A program made the position numbers and the translations under genes. The notes under the pieces were generated by a model, which was given only the letters and a program-made list of their open reading frames with translations, ran no database searches and was not told the DNA's origin. A stretch of 64,000 nucleotides of DNA, from NCBI GenBank assembly GCA_949284985.1, contig CASDWY010000013.1:12845-76844 (forward strand). The letters run 5' to 3'. Numbering within the stretch: the stretch's first letter is position 1; each line of letters begins with the position of its first letter. Positions 18,280-26,662 of this stretch are shown here, piece after piece. The stretch comes from an uncultured bacterium. GTDB lineage: Bacteria > Cyanobacteriota > Vampirovibrionia > Gastranaerophilales > Gastranaerophilaceae.

Positions 18280-18290
18280 GGGGGGGGGGG
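18280..18290. repeat. G11 (C11 on minus strand) homopolymer
   Basis: 11 consecutive G. It is the only long G/C run I saw in an AT-rich window. It lies between a minus-strand promoter-like site and the pilin-like gene. Confidence 0.9.
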
Positions 18291-18505
18291 CAAGCTAAAT
18301 GTACAACAGGAGTGTGTTTTAACTTATTAATAGTATTAAAATTAAGGTGCATCAAAACTCTCCTATTTAAGTATTACTTTTCTATTTTACAAAACTTTTG
18401 TGAAAAAATCAATAATAATATTAAATTTATTTTAGTTTTTAAAAATTATTATGTTATGAAAAGTTATTTGTATTCTATATGTAAAGTTTCGGTTTACAAA
18501 AAGCT

Positions 18506-18533
18506 TTGCAATAAATTAAAAAGGTGTTATAAT
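18506..18533 (+). promoter_or_regulatory. Sigma-70-type promoter for rimP-nusA
   Basis: TTGCAA-N16-TATAAT with extended -10 (TGtTATAAT). Confidence 0.6.
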
Positions 18534-18544
18534 AATTTTACTGA

Positions 18545-18577
18545 AAAGGAACCGCGTAAGCCGTTCCTTTTTAATTT
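18545..18577 (+). terminator. Leader stem-loop / terminator between the promoter and rimP
   Basis: aaaggaac...gttccttt stem with an inner GUAA tetraloop helix, then ttaattt. It ends 45 nt before the rimP ATG. Confidence 0.5.
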
Positions 18578-18621
18578 AGGTTTAAAACCTTTGTAATGAA
18601 TTTTCGTTCGATAGGAGAAAA

Positions 18622-19146
18622 ATGACAACGGAAAATTTTAGTAAAAAAGAGATAATGCGAAATATCTATCCATTGATAGAAAATACTTGTATGAGGTATA
18701 ACCTTATTCCTATAGAAGTTGAGTTTTTAAAGGAGTCAGGGCGTTGGTTTTTAAGAATTTTTATTTATTCTAATGACCATGAGGTTAATCATATGGATTG
18801 TGAGAATATTTCTCGTTCATTGAGTGATTTTTTAGATGAGCTTATTCCTGTTAAATATAATTTGGAAGTTAGTTCTCCGGGACTTGAACGAAGACTAAAA
18901 TCGGAAAAAGAATATATAATTTTTTGCGGAAAGGTTATTGAAATAAAACTAAAACAACCTCTTGTTGGGGAAGCAGAAAAGCAATTTAAAGCTTTACTTT
19001 TAGATTATAGCGATGGCGGGGTTGTTTTTGTAGAAAGGCTTTCAGATAAAAAGCAGCTTACAATAAGTCTTGATAATATATTTTCGTCAAGATTATGTTT
19101 TGAAGAAAATGAAAAACAATATAAAAAGGAGATAAATAATGATTAA
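18622..19146 (+). CDS. rimP: Ribosome maturation factor RimP
   Basis: 174 aa. ...LEVSSPGLERRLK motif. Overlaps nusA by 8 nt. Confidence 0.85.
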   Translation: MTTENFSKKEIMRNIYPLIENTCMRYNLIPIEVEFLKESGRWFLRIFIYSNDHEVNHMDCENISRSLSDFLDELIPVKYNLEVSSPGLERRLKSEKEYIIFCGKVIEIKLKQPLVGEAEKQFKALLLDYSDGGVVFVERLSDKKQLTISLDNIFSSRLCFEENEKQYKKEINND

Positions 19147-20356
19147 AATTGGAACAGCTCTATTTGAAGCTTGTGAACAGCTTGAAAGAGAAAAAGGTAT
19201 TACAAAGGATGCTATTGTCCAAGCATTATGTGATGCAATGGTTACTGCGTATAAAAAACATATTAAAGTTAAAGATGCAACAAATGTAGAAGCTATTTTG
19301 GACGAGCAATCCGGAGAGATTGGTGTATTTAGAACAAAATTAGTAGTTGAAAATGTTCAAGATCCGGACTATGAAATTTCGCTTAAGGATGCTCAAGATA
19401 TTGACGATGAAGTTGAATTGGAAGATGAAGTTAAAATAGAAGTAACTCCAGATAATTTCGGTCGTATTGCAGCTCAAAGCGCAAAACAAGTTATTACACA
19501 ACGTATTCGTGAAGCAGAAAGAAAATTGGTTCTTGATGAATTTATGGATAAAAAAGGAACGTTGGTTACAGGGATTATTCAACGAGTAGAAAATCGTAAT
19601 GTTATAGTAAATATTGGTAAAACTGATGCAATTATGCCTCCTAAAGAACAAATTCCAGGAGAATATTATAAATCAGGAACAAGAATTCGAGTATTTGTTT
19701 TAAATGTTAAAGAAACAAACAGATTGCCGCAGGTAATTGTTTCACACGCTCATGCAGAGATAGTTAGAGAATTATTTGAGCTTGAAGTTCCTGAAATAGA
19801 AGATGGTATTGTAGAAATCAAGTCAATTGCTCGTGAGGCAGGTTATAGAACCAAAATTGCAGTTCATTCAAATGATCAAGATGTTGATAGCGTGGGAGCT
19901 TGTATTGGACCTCGCGGATCCAGAATCCAGACTATTGTGGGTGAATTAAAAAATGAAAAAATTGATATTGTCAGATATTCTGATGACCCTGTAGAATATT
20001 TGGTAAATGCTCTTTCACCAGCGAGAATAGTGTCTGTTGATATTCTCGTGGATGATGAAAATGCCCATGAAGCATTGGTAGTTGTGCCTGATGACCAATT
20101 ATCGTTGGCAATAGGACGTGAGGGACAAAATGTCAGACTTGCTCATAAGTTGACGGATTGGAAAATAGACATAAAAAGTGTTTCTCAAATGGAAGCACAA
20201 GAAGCTATTGACAGAGAGTCTATGCCTGTAGAAGAAGAAATATACGTTGAAGAAGACGATGAAGCGTCAGATGAAGATGAAAACGAATTTCAAGAAGAAT
20301 ACGCTCTTGATGAAGAAGATGTTCAAGAAGAGCTAACAGAACAGGTAGAAGAATAA
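19139..20356 (+). CDS. nusA: Transcription termination/antitermination factor NusA
   Basis: 405 aa. N-terminal domain, S1, two KH domains (GPRGSRIQ, IGREGQNVRLA), acidic C-terminal tail. Confidence 0.92.
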   Translation: MIKIGTALFEACEQLEREKGITKDAIVQALCDAMVTAYKKHIKVKDATNVEAILDEQSGEIGVFRTKLVVENVQDPDYEISLKDAQDIDDEVELEDEVKIEVTPDNFGRIAAQSAKQVITQRIREAERKLVLDEFMDKKGTLVTGIIQRVENRNVIVNIGKTDAIMPPKEQIPGEYYKSGTRIRVFVLNVKETNRLPQVIVSHAHAEIVRELFELEVPEIEDGIVEIKSIAREAGYRTKIAVHSNDQDVDSVGACIGPRGSRIQTIVGELKNEKIDIVRYSDDPVEYLVNALSPARIVSVDILVDDENAHEALVVVPDDQLSLAIGREGQNVRLAHKLTDWKIDIKSVSQMEAQEAIDRESMPVEEEIYVEEDDEASDEDENEFQEEYALDEEDVQEELTEQVEE

Positions 20357-20372
20357 TTTGTGAATTAGTAAT

Positions 20373-20405
20373 AAAAAAAGGAGCTTGAAATAAAGCTCCT
20401 TTTTT
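20373..20405. terminator. Bidirectional terminator between nusA and the SLH gene
   Basis: A-run, aaggagctt-gaaata-aagctcctt, T-run. Confidence 0.75.
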
Positions 20406-20421
20406 CGTTACGTGCTTATGA

Positions 20422-22443
20422 TTACTTGCAAGAATTGCAACCGAAAGCGATTGTAACTTTTTCTTTAGGATTAATTGCAGAAATTTTCTTTCCGTCCGGA
20501 TCAACAAGATAAGCGACTTCTTCGCCTGTAACTTGAACCATACCGGAAACGCCGCTAATAGCTGTTCTTGTCAGGTCAATAGGAGCCTTAAAGAGAGCTT
20601 TACCAGAATCGAGGTAGCTTCTGCCTGCAGCTTTAAATTGTCCTTGGAATATTTCTCCTGTACCTGTACCGAATTCACTAACAACTTGTTCAAATGCGTT
20701 AGAAACTCCGATAGCTGCACCACCAACAGCACGTCCGGCTGTACCTACAACTTGACCAACGGTTGCAAATGGCCATTGAACAAGTCTAGCTATTGGGTTA
20801 GGAGTGTGTGTTCTGTTAACTTGCGCAGTTAGTACTTGGTTAGGCAAGTCTGCTTTGCAATCACAGTTTTCAATTGTATCAAATGATAATTTTAAAGCAC
20901 CATTGTTGCATTTAGAAGGTCTTTCTACTTCAAGAACTTTACCTCTAACAATAGAACCTTCCGGATAAAGAACACCGTTTATTGTCATCGGGTCAATAGT
21001 TTTTGCTGCAAATCTGTCGTTAACGTGAGCAGTACGAGCAGTAATTTCGTCGTCAAAACAAATTTTTAAAGTAGGAACAGTAACAGTTTCTGTTTTTTCC
21101 ATAAATGCAGCACCGCCTGTGCAGCCGCAGTCTGTAGCTGTAGCTATGTCTCTGTTTGAATATCCACCGGCTATGCGAACTTGTTCAAGCATAGATGCTA
21201 ATTCTGCACGACTTGCATCGGAATTAGGTCTAATTTGGTTTGGATTTGGCAAGTCTGCAATTGCACCAACATCAAGTGATTTTGCAACCGGAATTGCTGC
21301 CCATGATGGAACTTCGTTACCATCACAGTATTTGCTAAGTACTTCTTGTGCTTTGCAAGAATCCATGTCGCATTTAACTCCTTTTGAAAGGATGGTTAAT
21401 GCTTCTACTCTTGAAACAGGGTGATCAGGTTTGAATGTGTCGTTTGGATAACCTGTCATTAAACCTTCAGAAACACTTTTGTTGATAACTTTATTTGCCC
21501 AGTGGCTTTTTGGGACATCTTTAAAGTTAGCTTGAGGGCAGGTGTAGTCTTCGTTAAGATTGAACCCTTTTACAGCCATGCTTGCAAATTCTGCACGAGA
21601 AATAGGTAAGTTTGGCTTAAAAGTTCTATCAGGGTAGCCTGCTATAACTTTATTTTCTGTTAATTTATTGATGTCGCAACTAGCCCAGAAACCATCAGGA
21701 ACATCTTGGAATGCACTTACTACTGGTGCAGCTGCACCTGTTACACTGTTTTCTTGTGAATAGTTGAAAGGAACCATGGATTTTTTAATTGCTTCCATAC
21801 TGCTTTCCGTTTCAATATTTATTGGACAGTTTATGCCGTCAATGTTGTTGCAGTCACGCTGAACTGGTATTCCGCTAATTTTGTCACAACAATCATTGTT
21901 TAAACAAGGCATTTGAGCCGCTGCTCCGGTTTCGCATCCGCATTCAGGTGCAAGAGCTACAGGGATACCGCTATTCATAGCTAATGCTTGTGAGGTTGTG
22001 CTTCCATCACCTAGAAGAACACCTTGGTCAGATTCACCTACACGAACATTGTCGATACCATAAATCCCTGCCGGGTATGCGTAAATTTGGTGCTTGCATT
22101 TATCAGCACAAATGTTGTTTGGGCATACACCTGCAGCTGCAATGTCCGGACCATCACAAGTTGCAATGTCGTCGTCACAAGCCGTACAAGATTTTTTAGG
22201 CTTTTCGCATTCATTGCAGTTGTCTTCTTTTTTGGGCATACATTCACAATCTTTTTTGTTTTTTTTGCACTTCGGACATTTTGCGTTTTCCGGAGTTACA
22301 ACTTGCGGACAGTCATTGAGCGGACAAGCGCCTCCGGTAACTACCGGATTTGTGCATCCGCAATCAGCTAGCGCCAAATTCATTGTTCCGGCAACTAAAC
22401 CGACTGTTAATGCCGCTGCTAATGTCATTTTTTTGATAGTCAT
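20422..22443 (-). CDS. Cys-rich SLH-domain cell-envelope protein
   Basis: 673 aa with signal peptide. Cys-rich N-terminal ~220 aa. Three SLH repeats (FQDVPDGFWA...; FKDVPKSHWA...; VPSWAAIPVAKS...). C-terminal beta/Gly-rich module. Confidence 0.75.
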   Translation of the reverse strand: MTIKKMTLAAALTVGLVAGTMNLALADCGCTNPVVTGGACPLNDCPQVVTPENAKCPKCKKNKKDCECMPKKEDNCNECEKPKKSCTACDDDIATCDGPDIAAAGVCPNNICADKCKHQIYAYPAGIYGIDNVRVGESDQGVLLGDGSTTSQALAMNSGIPVALAPECGCETGAAAQMPCLNNDCCDKISGIPVQRDCNNIDGINCPINIETESSMEAIKKSMVPFNYSQENSVTGAAAPVVSAFQDVPDGFWASCDINKLTENKVIAGYPDRTFKPNLPISRAEFASMAVKGFNLNEDYTCPQANFKDVPKSHWANKVINKSVSEGLMTGYPNDTFKPDHPVSRVEALTILSKGVKCDMDSCKAQEVLSKYCDGNEVPSWAAIPVAKSLDVGAIADLPNPNQIRPNSDASRAELASMLEQVRIAGGYSNRDIATATDCGCTGGAAFMEKTETVTVPTLKICFDDEITARTAHVNDRFAAKTIDPMTINGVLYPEGSIVRGKVLEVERPSKCNNGALKLSFDTIENCDCKADLPNQVLTAQVNRTHTPNPIARLVQWPFATVGQVVGTAGRAVGGAAIGVSNAFEQVVSEFGTGTGEIFQGQFKAAGRSYLDSGKALFKAPIDLTRTAISGVSGMVQVTGEEVAYLVDPDGKKISAINPKEKVTIAFGCNSCK

Positions 22444-22563
22444 TTTTCCCTCCTTACGTAAGAAATCTACCGGTTTATTTGTTAGACCCTATAAACTCCC
22501 TTAGGTCATTAAATGTTTTATAAACTTAGTAATCTCTAATATTTATATAGAATTATTAAAGCT

Positions 22564-22611
22564 AAATAGCCTAACAAGCATTACCAAAACGGATATCTTA
22601 TTAGGCTATTT
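22564..22611 (-). terminator. 11-bp inverted repeat downstream of the RTX-like gene (possible terminator)
   Basis: aaatagcctaa-N26-ttaggctattt. The loop is long, so the call is tentative. Confidence 0.3.
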
Positions 22612-22644
22612 TATTAATTACTAAAATTTGTTTATTTATGATTA

Positions 22645-23709
22645 TTATTTTTTATTCATATTGTTGATAAAGTATTGTTCAAGTTTTGCCATTGTCTTTT
22701 CATCGATTACATCGTGGTTGCCCAATGAATCAGGGTCAGATTCACTTATTTGAGAATAGATATTTAAGAATTCGTTTAATGTCCAACCATATCTATTCAT
22801 AATATCGTAAATGCTGTAAACAGTGCCTGTGCTGGAGGTTACTGTGTCTGAAGAGAAGATGTAAGTTTTGTCAGCGCTTGAACCAATAATACCTGCTGCT
22901 TCTCCGGCACTTGAACCTATTTGAGCAATACCGCTTTGACCGTGAGCTTCGTATGTATTATCGCCTTCTCCGGCAAAGAATATATTGTATCCACCTTTGT
23001 CTATCATAGTGTCATTTCCGTTTCCACCAATGATGATGTTTCTATAACTGGAGGTGTCATCTGTACCAAATAAACCTACAGCTTCAAAGGTGTTATTACC
23101 ATCTCCACCGTCAATTACACCATATTTACCGCCAATTACAAATGTTTCATTAGCGGAGCTACCAACAATTACTGCACCATGGCTTTCATAGGTTGTTTCA
23201 AATCTGTCGTCTCCACCTTTATTTGTAACGTGGTTAAATTTACCTCCATCTATATAGTTGTCACTACCATATCCAAGGATTGTTTTGTTATCTTTGCTTT
23301 CATTGCTCATATATACAAATTGGCTTCCACCAGCATTACTAAGGTCAATATTTGAATTTTTAGCATCAACTTGTATAGTTCTTATAGCGTTTCCGCCGCT
23401 AGAAGTAATATTTGCGTTTTCTCCAACAATGTTATAGTGATTGCCGTCAACATTAGCTAATTTAAAATTGTTTTCAGAGTCACCTTCGTGTTTGTATTGA
23501 AACATTGTAACGTCGTCTTCGTCTGTAACTCCAAAAGTTAAAGATGCTGTACCTGAGATTGTTCCTACGTCACCAATTTGTGCGTTTGTTGCATTGTTTA
23601 TGTTAAGAATAACGTTGCCGTCTTCTCCACGAGAAAACTTTATAGTTGTACCTATTCCATCTTTAGTAGATTTGTAGGCGTCGCCATTGATATTGATTCC
23701 TGTTATCAT
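22645..23709 (-). CDS. Beta-roll / RTX-like repeat protein without N-terminal signal peptide
   Basis: Start moved to the ATG after a GAAGGA RBS (MITGININGD...). Nonapeptide-like repeats GGNGNDTMI, GGDGNNTFE, GEGDNTYEA. Confidence 0.45.
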   Translation of the reverse strand: MITGININGDAYKSTKDGIGTTIKFSRGEDGNVILNINNATNAQIGDVGTISGTASLTFGVTDEDDVTMFQYKHEGDSENNFKLANVDGNHYNIVGENANITSSGGNAIRTIQVDAKNSNIDLSNAGGSQFVYMSNESKDNKTILGYGSDNYIDGGKFNHVTNKGGDDRFETTYESHGAVIVGSSANETFVIGGKYGVIDGGDGNNTFEAVGLFGTDDTSSYRNIIIGGNGNDTMIDKGGYNIFFAGEGDNTYEAHGQSGIAQIGSSAGEAAGIIGSSADKTYIFSSDTVTSSTGTVYSIYDIMNRYGWTLNEFLNIYSQISESDPDSLGNHDVIDEKTMAKLEQYFINNMNKK

Positions 23710-23947
23710 TATTATGTCCTTCTGCAACTACACATATAAATAAAAACAAATATATATTTAAAATTTCAATAGTATATATAATTGTTACAAAAGTTAATAT
23801 ATTATCAAATAGGAGTCATCTTTAGGATTAAAAAATCTTTACAAGAAAGGTTATTTCTTTTTATTGACTTTTTAAAAAAGCCTTTTTGTTATATAATTGT
23901 TTTACTTATTATACAAAATAAACAATCTATTAATTAAGGAGATTATT

Positions 23948-26596
23948 ATGACAGAAAAAAGAGTTTGGCTTTTTCATGAAGGCGATGCATCAATGCGTAA
24001 TCTTTTAGGAGGCAAAGGAGCTAACCTTGCAGAAATGACCAATTTAGGTTTACCGGTTCCTCCTGGTTTAACTATTACAACAGAAACGTGTATGGATTAT
24101 ATTAATAACGGCAACAAAATGCCGAATGGATTAATGGAAGAAATAAAGTCTGCATTGGCAAAGGTAGAAGAGCAAACGGGTAAAAAGTTTGGTGATACTA
24201 CTAATCCATTGTTGGTTTCTGTGCGTTCCGGAGCAAGAGTTTCAATGCCAGGAATGATGGAAACTATTTTGAATTTAGGGTTGAATGATGAAACAGTTGA
24301 GGCAATGATTAAGTTAACGAATAATCCTCGTTTTTGCTATGACTCATATCGTCGTTTTTTGACAATGTTTGGTTCTGTTGCTTGGGAAATGGACAGGCAA
24401 AAATATTTTGAATCAGAAGTAGAAAAAGTTAAGGAAAGAGAAGGTGTTAACGCAGATACAGAAATATCTGCAGAGGGATGGAAGTCGCTTATTCCTATTT
24501 ACAAAAAAGTCATTAAAGAGGTAACAGGAAAGGAATTTCCTCAAGACCCGTATGTTCAATTGCAAGAGGCTGTAGAAGCAGTATTCCGTTCTTGGAATAT
24601 TCCCAGAGCAGTTGCTTATAGAAACATGAACAAAATTGATCACAATTATGGAACAGCAGTAAATGTTCAAACAATGGTGTTTGGGAACATGGGAGATGAC
24701 TGTGCGACAGGAGTTTCATTTACGCGGAACCCTGCAACAGGTGAAAATAAATTTTATGGCGAATATTTAACAAATGCACAAGGGGAAGATGTAGTTGCAG
24801 GAATAAGAACACCTAAACCGATTGAAATGTTAGAAACTGAGATGCCGGAGCTTTATAAGCAGTATGTTGATATTGCGAAGAAGCTTGAATTGGGATATAA
24901 AGATGTTCAGGATATGGAATTTACTATTGAAAAGGGTAAATTGTATATTCTTCAAACACGTAACGGTAAAAGAACGGCAGCTGCAGCAGTAAAAATTGCT
25001 GTAGATATGTGTGAAGAAGGTATAATTACTAAAGAAAGAGCTATTCAATTAGTAGATCCGTATTCAGTAAATCAAATTTTATTACCTTGTTTTGATGCAA
25101 AAGCTATGGCAGAAGCTCATAAAATTGCACAAGGTGTAAATGCTTCACCAGGAGCTGCGGTAGGTAAAATTGTTTTTGATACGGAAGAAGCGGCAAAAAG
25201 AGGAGAAGCAGGGGAAAAAGTTATTCTTGTTCGTGTAGAAACTTGCCCGGATGATATCCATGGTATGGCGGTTGCGCAAGGGGTGTTAACTCTTAGAGGA
25301 GGAGCTACTTCTCACGCAGCAGTTGTTGCTAAGGGCATGGGAAAACCTTGTGTTTCTGGTTGTGAAGATATGAAAATTGATCTTGCAAACGGAACGTTGA
25401 CTGGTTGTGACGGAACTGTTTATCACAAAGATGATATTATTTCTTTGGATGGTGGTAAAGGTATTGTTATGGAAGGAGCTGTAAAGCTTGTAGAAGCAAG
25501 GATTGATGATAACTGGAATAAGTTTTTCTCTTGGGTTAATGAGATTAAACAAATGAAAGTTGAAGCTAACGCAGATACTCCAAAAGATATTGAAAATGCT
25601 CTAAAGTTTGGAGCTGAGGGGGTAGGTCTTTGTCGTACAGAGCACATGTTTATGGATCCGGACAGATTACCTTGGGTTCAAAAAATGATTATTGCAGGAA
25701 CGTCAGAAGCAAGAAAAGAAGCTTTGGATAAATTACTGCCAATGCAATATTCTGACTTTTATGCAATGTTTAAGGCGTTGGGAGATAAACCTCTTACTGT
25801 AAGATTGTTAGATCCGCCACTTCATGAGTTTCTTCCGTCAAAAGAAGATTTGATTGCAGAAGTTGCTGGGCTTAAGGCTTTAGGCAAAGACGCAAAAGAA
25901 AAAGAAGATTTGCTTAATGTTGTTGAGGGGCTTTCAGAATCAAATCCAATGATGGGGTTAAGAGGTTGCCGTTTAGGATTAACATATCCGGAAATTAACG
26001 AAATGCAAGTTAGAGCTATTTTTGAAGCTTGTTGTGATTTGAAGAAAGAAGGATATGCCGTTAAACCATGGATAATGATTCCTTTGATTGGGCATGTTAA
26101 TGAGCTTAAAACAGCTAAGGATATTCTTGTTCGTGTAGCTAAAGAAGTTATGAGTGAAAAAGGTATTGAAGTTGAATATAAATTTGGTACTATGATAGAG
26201 ATCCCTCGAGCAGCATTAACTGCAGATGAAGTTGCAAATTATGCAGAGTTTTTCTCTTTTGGTACAAATGATCTTACTCAGATGACGTTTGGTTTTTCAC
26301 GAGATGACGCTGAAGGAAAGTTCCTTAATCGTTATGTTGAACAAAAAATTCTGCCGAGCAACCCATTTGAAACGCTTGATGTTAATGGAGTTGGTCAGCT
26401 TGTTGAAATGTCAATGGAAAAAGGTAAAAAAGTTAATCCAAAGCTTGTTGGCGGAGTTTGCGGCGAGCATGGTGGAGATCCGGATTCTGTAAAATTCTGT
26501 CATAAGATAGGATTAGATTATGTTTCTTGTTCTCCGTTCAGAGTTCCTCAAGCTAGGTTGGCAGCGGCTCAAGCTGTTGTTGAAGCTAAGCAATAA
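23948..26596 (+). CDS. ppdK: Pyruvate, phosphate dikinase
   Basis: Start at the ATG after an AAGGAG RBS. GGKGANLAEM, phosphohistidine region GGATSHAAVVAKG, GLCRTEHMF, C-terminal PEP-utilising domain. Confidence 0.93.
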   Translation: MTEKRVWLFHEGDASMRNLLGGKGANLAEMTNLGLPVPPGLTITTETCMDYINNGNKMPNGLMEEIKSALAKVEEQTGKKFGDTTNPLLVSVRSGARVSMPGMMETILNLGLNDETVEAMIKLTNNPRFCYDSYRRFLTMFGSVAWEMDRQKYFESEVEKVKEREGVNADTEISAEGWKSLIPIYKKVIKEVTGKEFPQDPYVQLQEAVEAVFRSWNIPRAVAYRNMNKIDHNYGTAVNVQTMVFGNMGDDCATGVSFTRNPATGENKFYGEYLTNAQGEDVVAGIRTPKPIEMLETEMPELYKQYVDIAKKLELGYKDVQDMEFTIEKGKLYILQTRNGKRTAAAAVKIAVDMCEEGIITKERAIQLVDPYSVNQILLPCFDAKAMAEAHKIAQGVNASPGAAVGKIVFDTEEAAKRGEAGEKVILVRVETCPDDIHGMAVAQGVLTLRGGATSHAAVVAKGMGKPCVSGCEDMKIDLANGTLTGCDGTVYHKDDIISLDGGKGIVMEGAVKLVEARIDDNWNKFFSWVNEIKQMKVEANADTPKDIENALKFGAEGVGLCRTEHMFMDPDRLPWVQKMIIAGTSEARKEALDKLLPMQYSDFYAMFKALGDKPLTVRLLDPPLHEFLPSKEDLIAEVAGLKALGKDAKEKEDLLNVVEGLSESNPMMGLRGCRLGLTYPEINEMQVRAIFEACCDLKKEGYAVKPWIMIPLIGHVNELKTAKDILVRVAKEVMSEKGIEVEYKFGTMIEIPRAALTADEVANYAEFFSFGTNDLTQMTFGFSRDDAEGKFLNRYVEQKILPSNPFETLDVNGVGQLVEMSMEKGKKVNPKLVGGVCGEHGGDPDSVKFCHKIGLDYVSCSPFRVPQARLAAAQAVVEAKQ

Positions 26597-26604
26597 TCCG
26601 ATGA

Positions 26605-26635
26605 AAAGGCGTCCCTTTGAGGGGCGCTTTTTTGT
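26605..26635 (+). terminator. Rho-independent terminator after ppdK
   Basis: ggcgtccc-tttga-ggggcgc (one G-U pair) followed by tttttt. Confidence 0.7.
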
Positions 26636-26662
26636 TATTAGATTTTGTGGAGGTTATTTTTT

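Noticed and set aside
18137-18596. Track ORFs of 72 aa (-) and 136 aa (+) in the pilin/rimP intergenic region.
   Set aside because: They have no RBS and low-complexity products. They run through the G11 tract, two terminator hairpins and a strong promoter, so the region is better explained as regulatory or non-coding RNA.
20533-22504. Several long plus-strand ORFs (99-136 aa) and minus-strand alternative-frame ORFs inside the SLH gene.
   Set aside because: They lie within or antisense to a 673-aa ORF with clear SLH repeats. The local G+C-rich, Cys/Gly/Ala-rich codon content suppresses stop codons in other frames. They have no RBS and no recognisable motifs.
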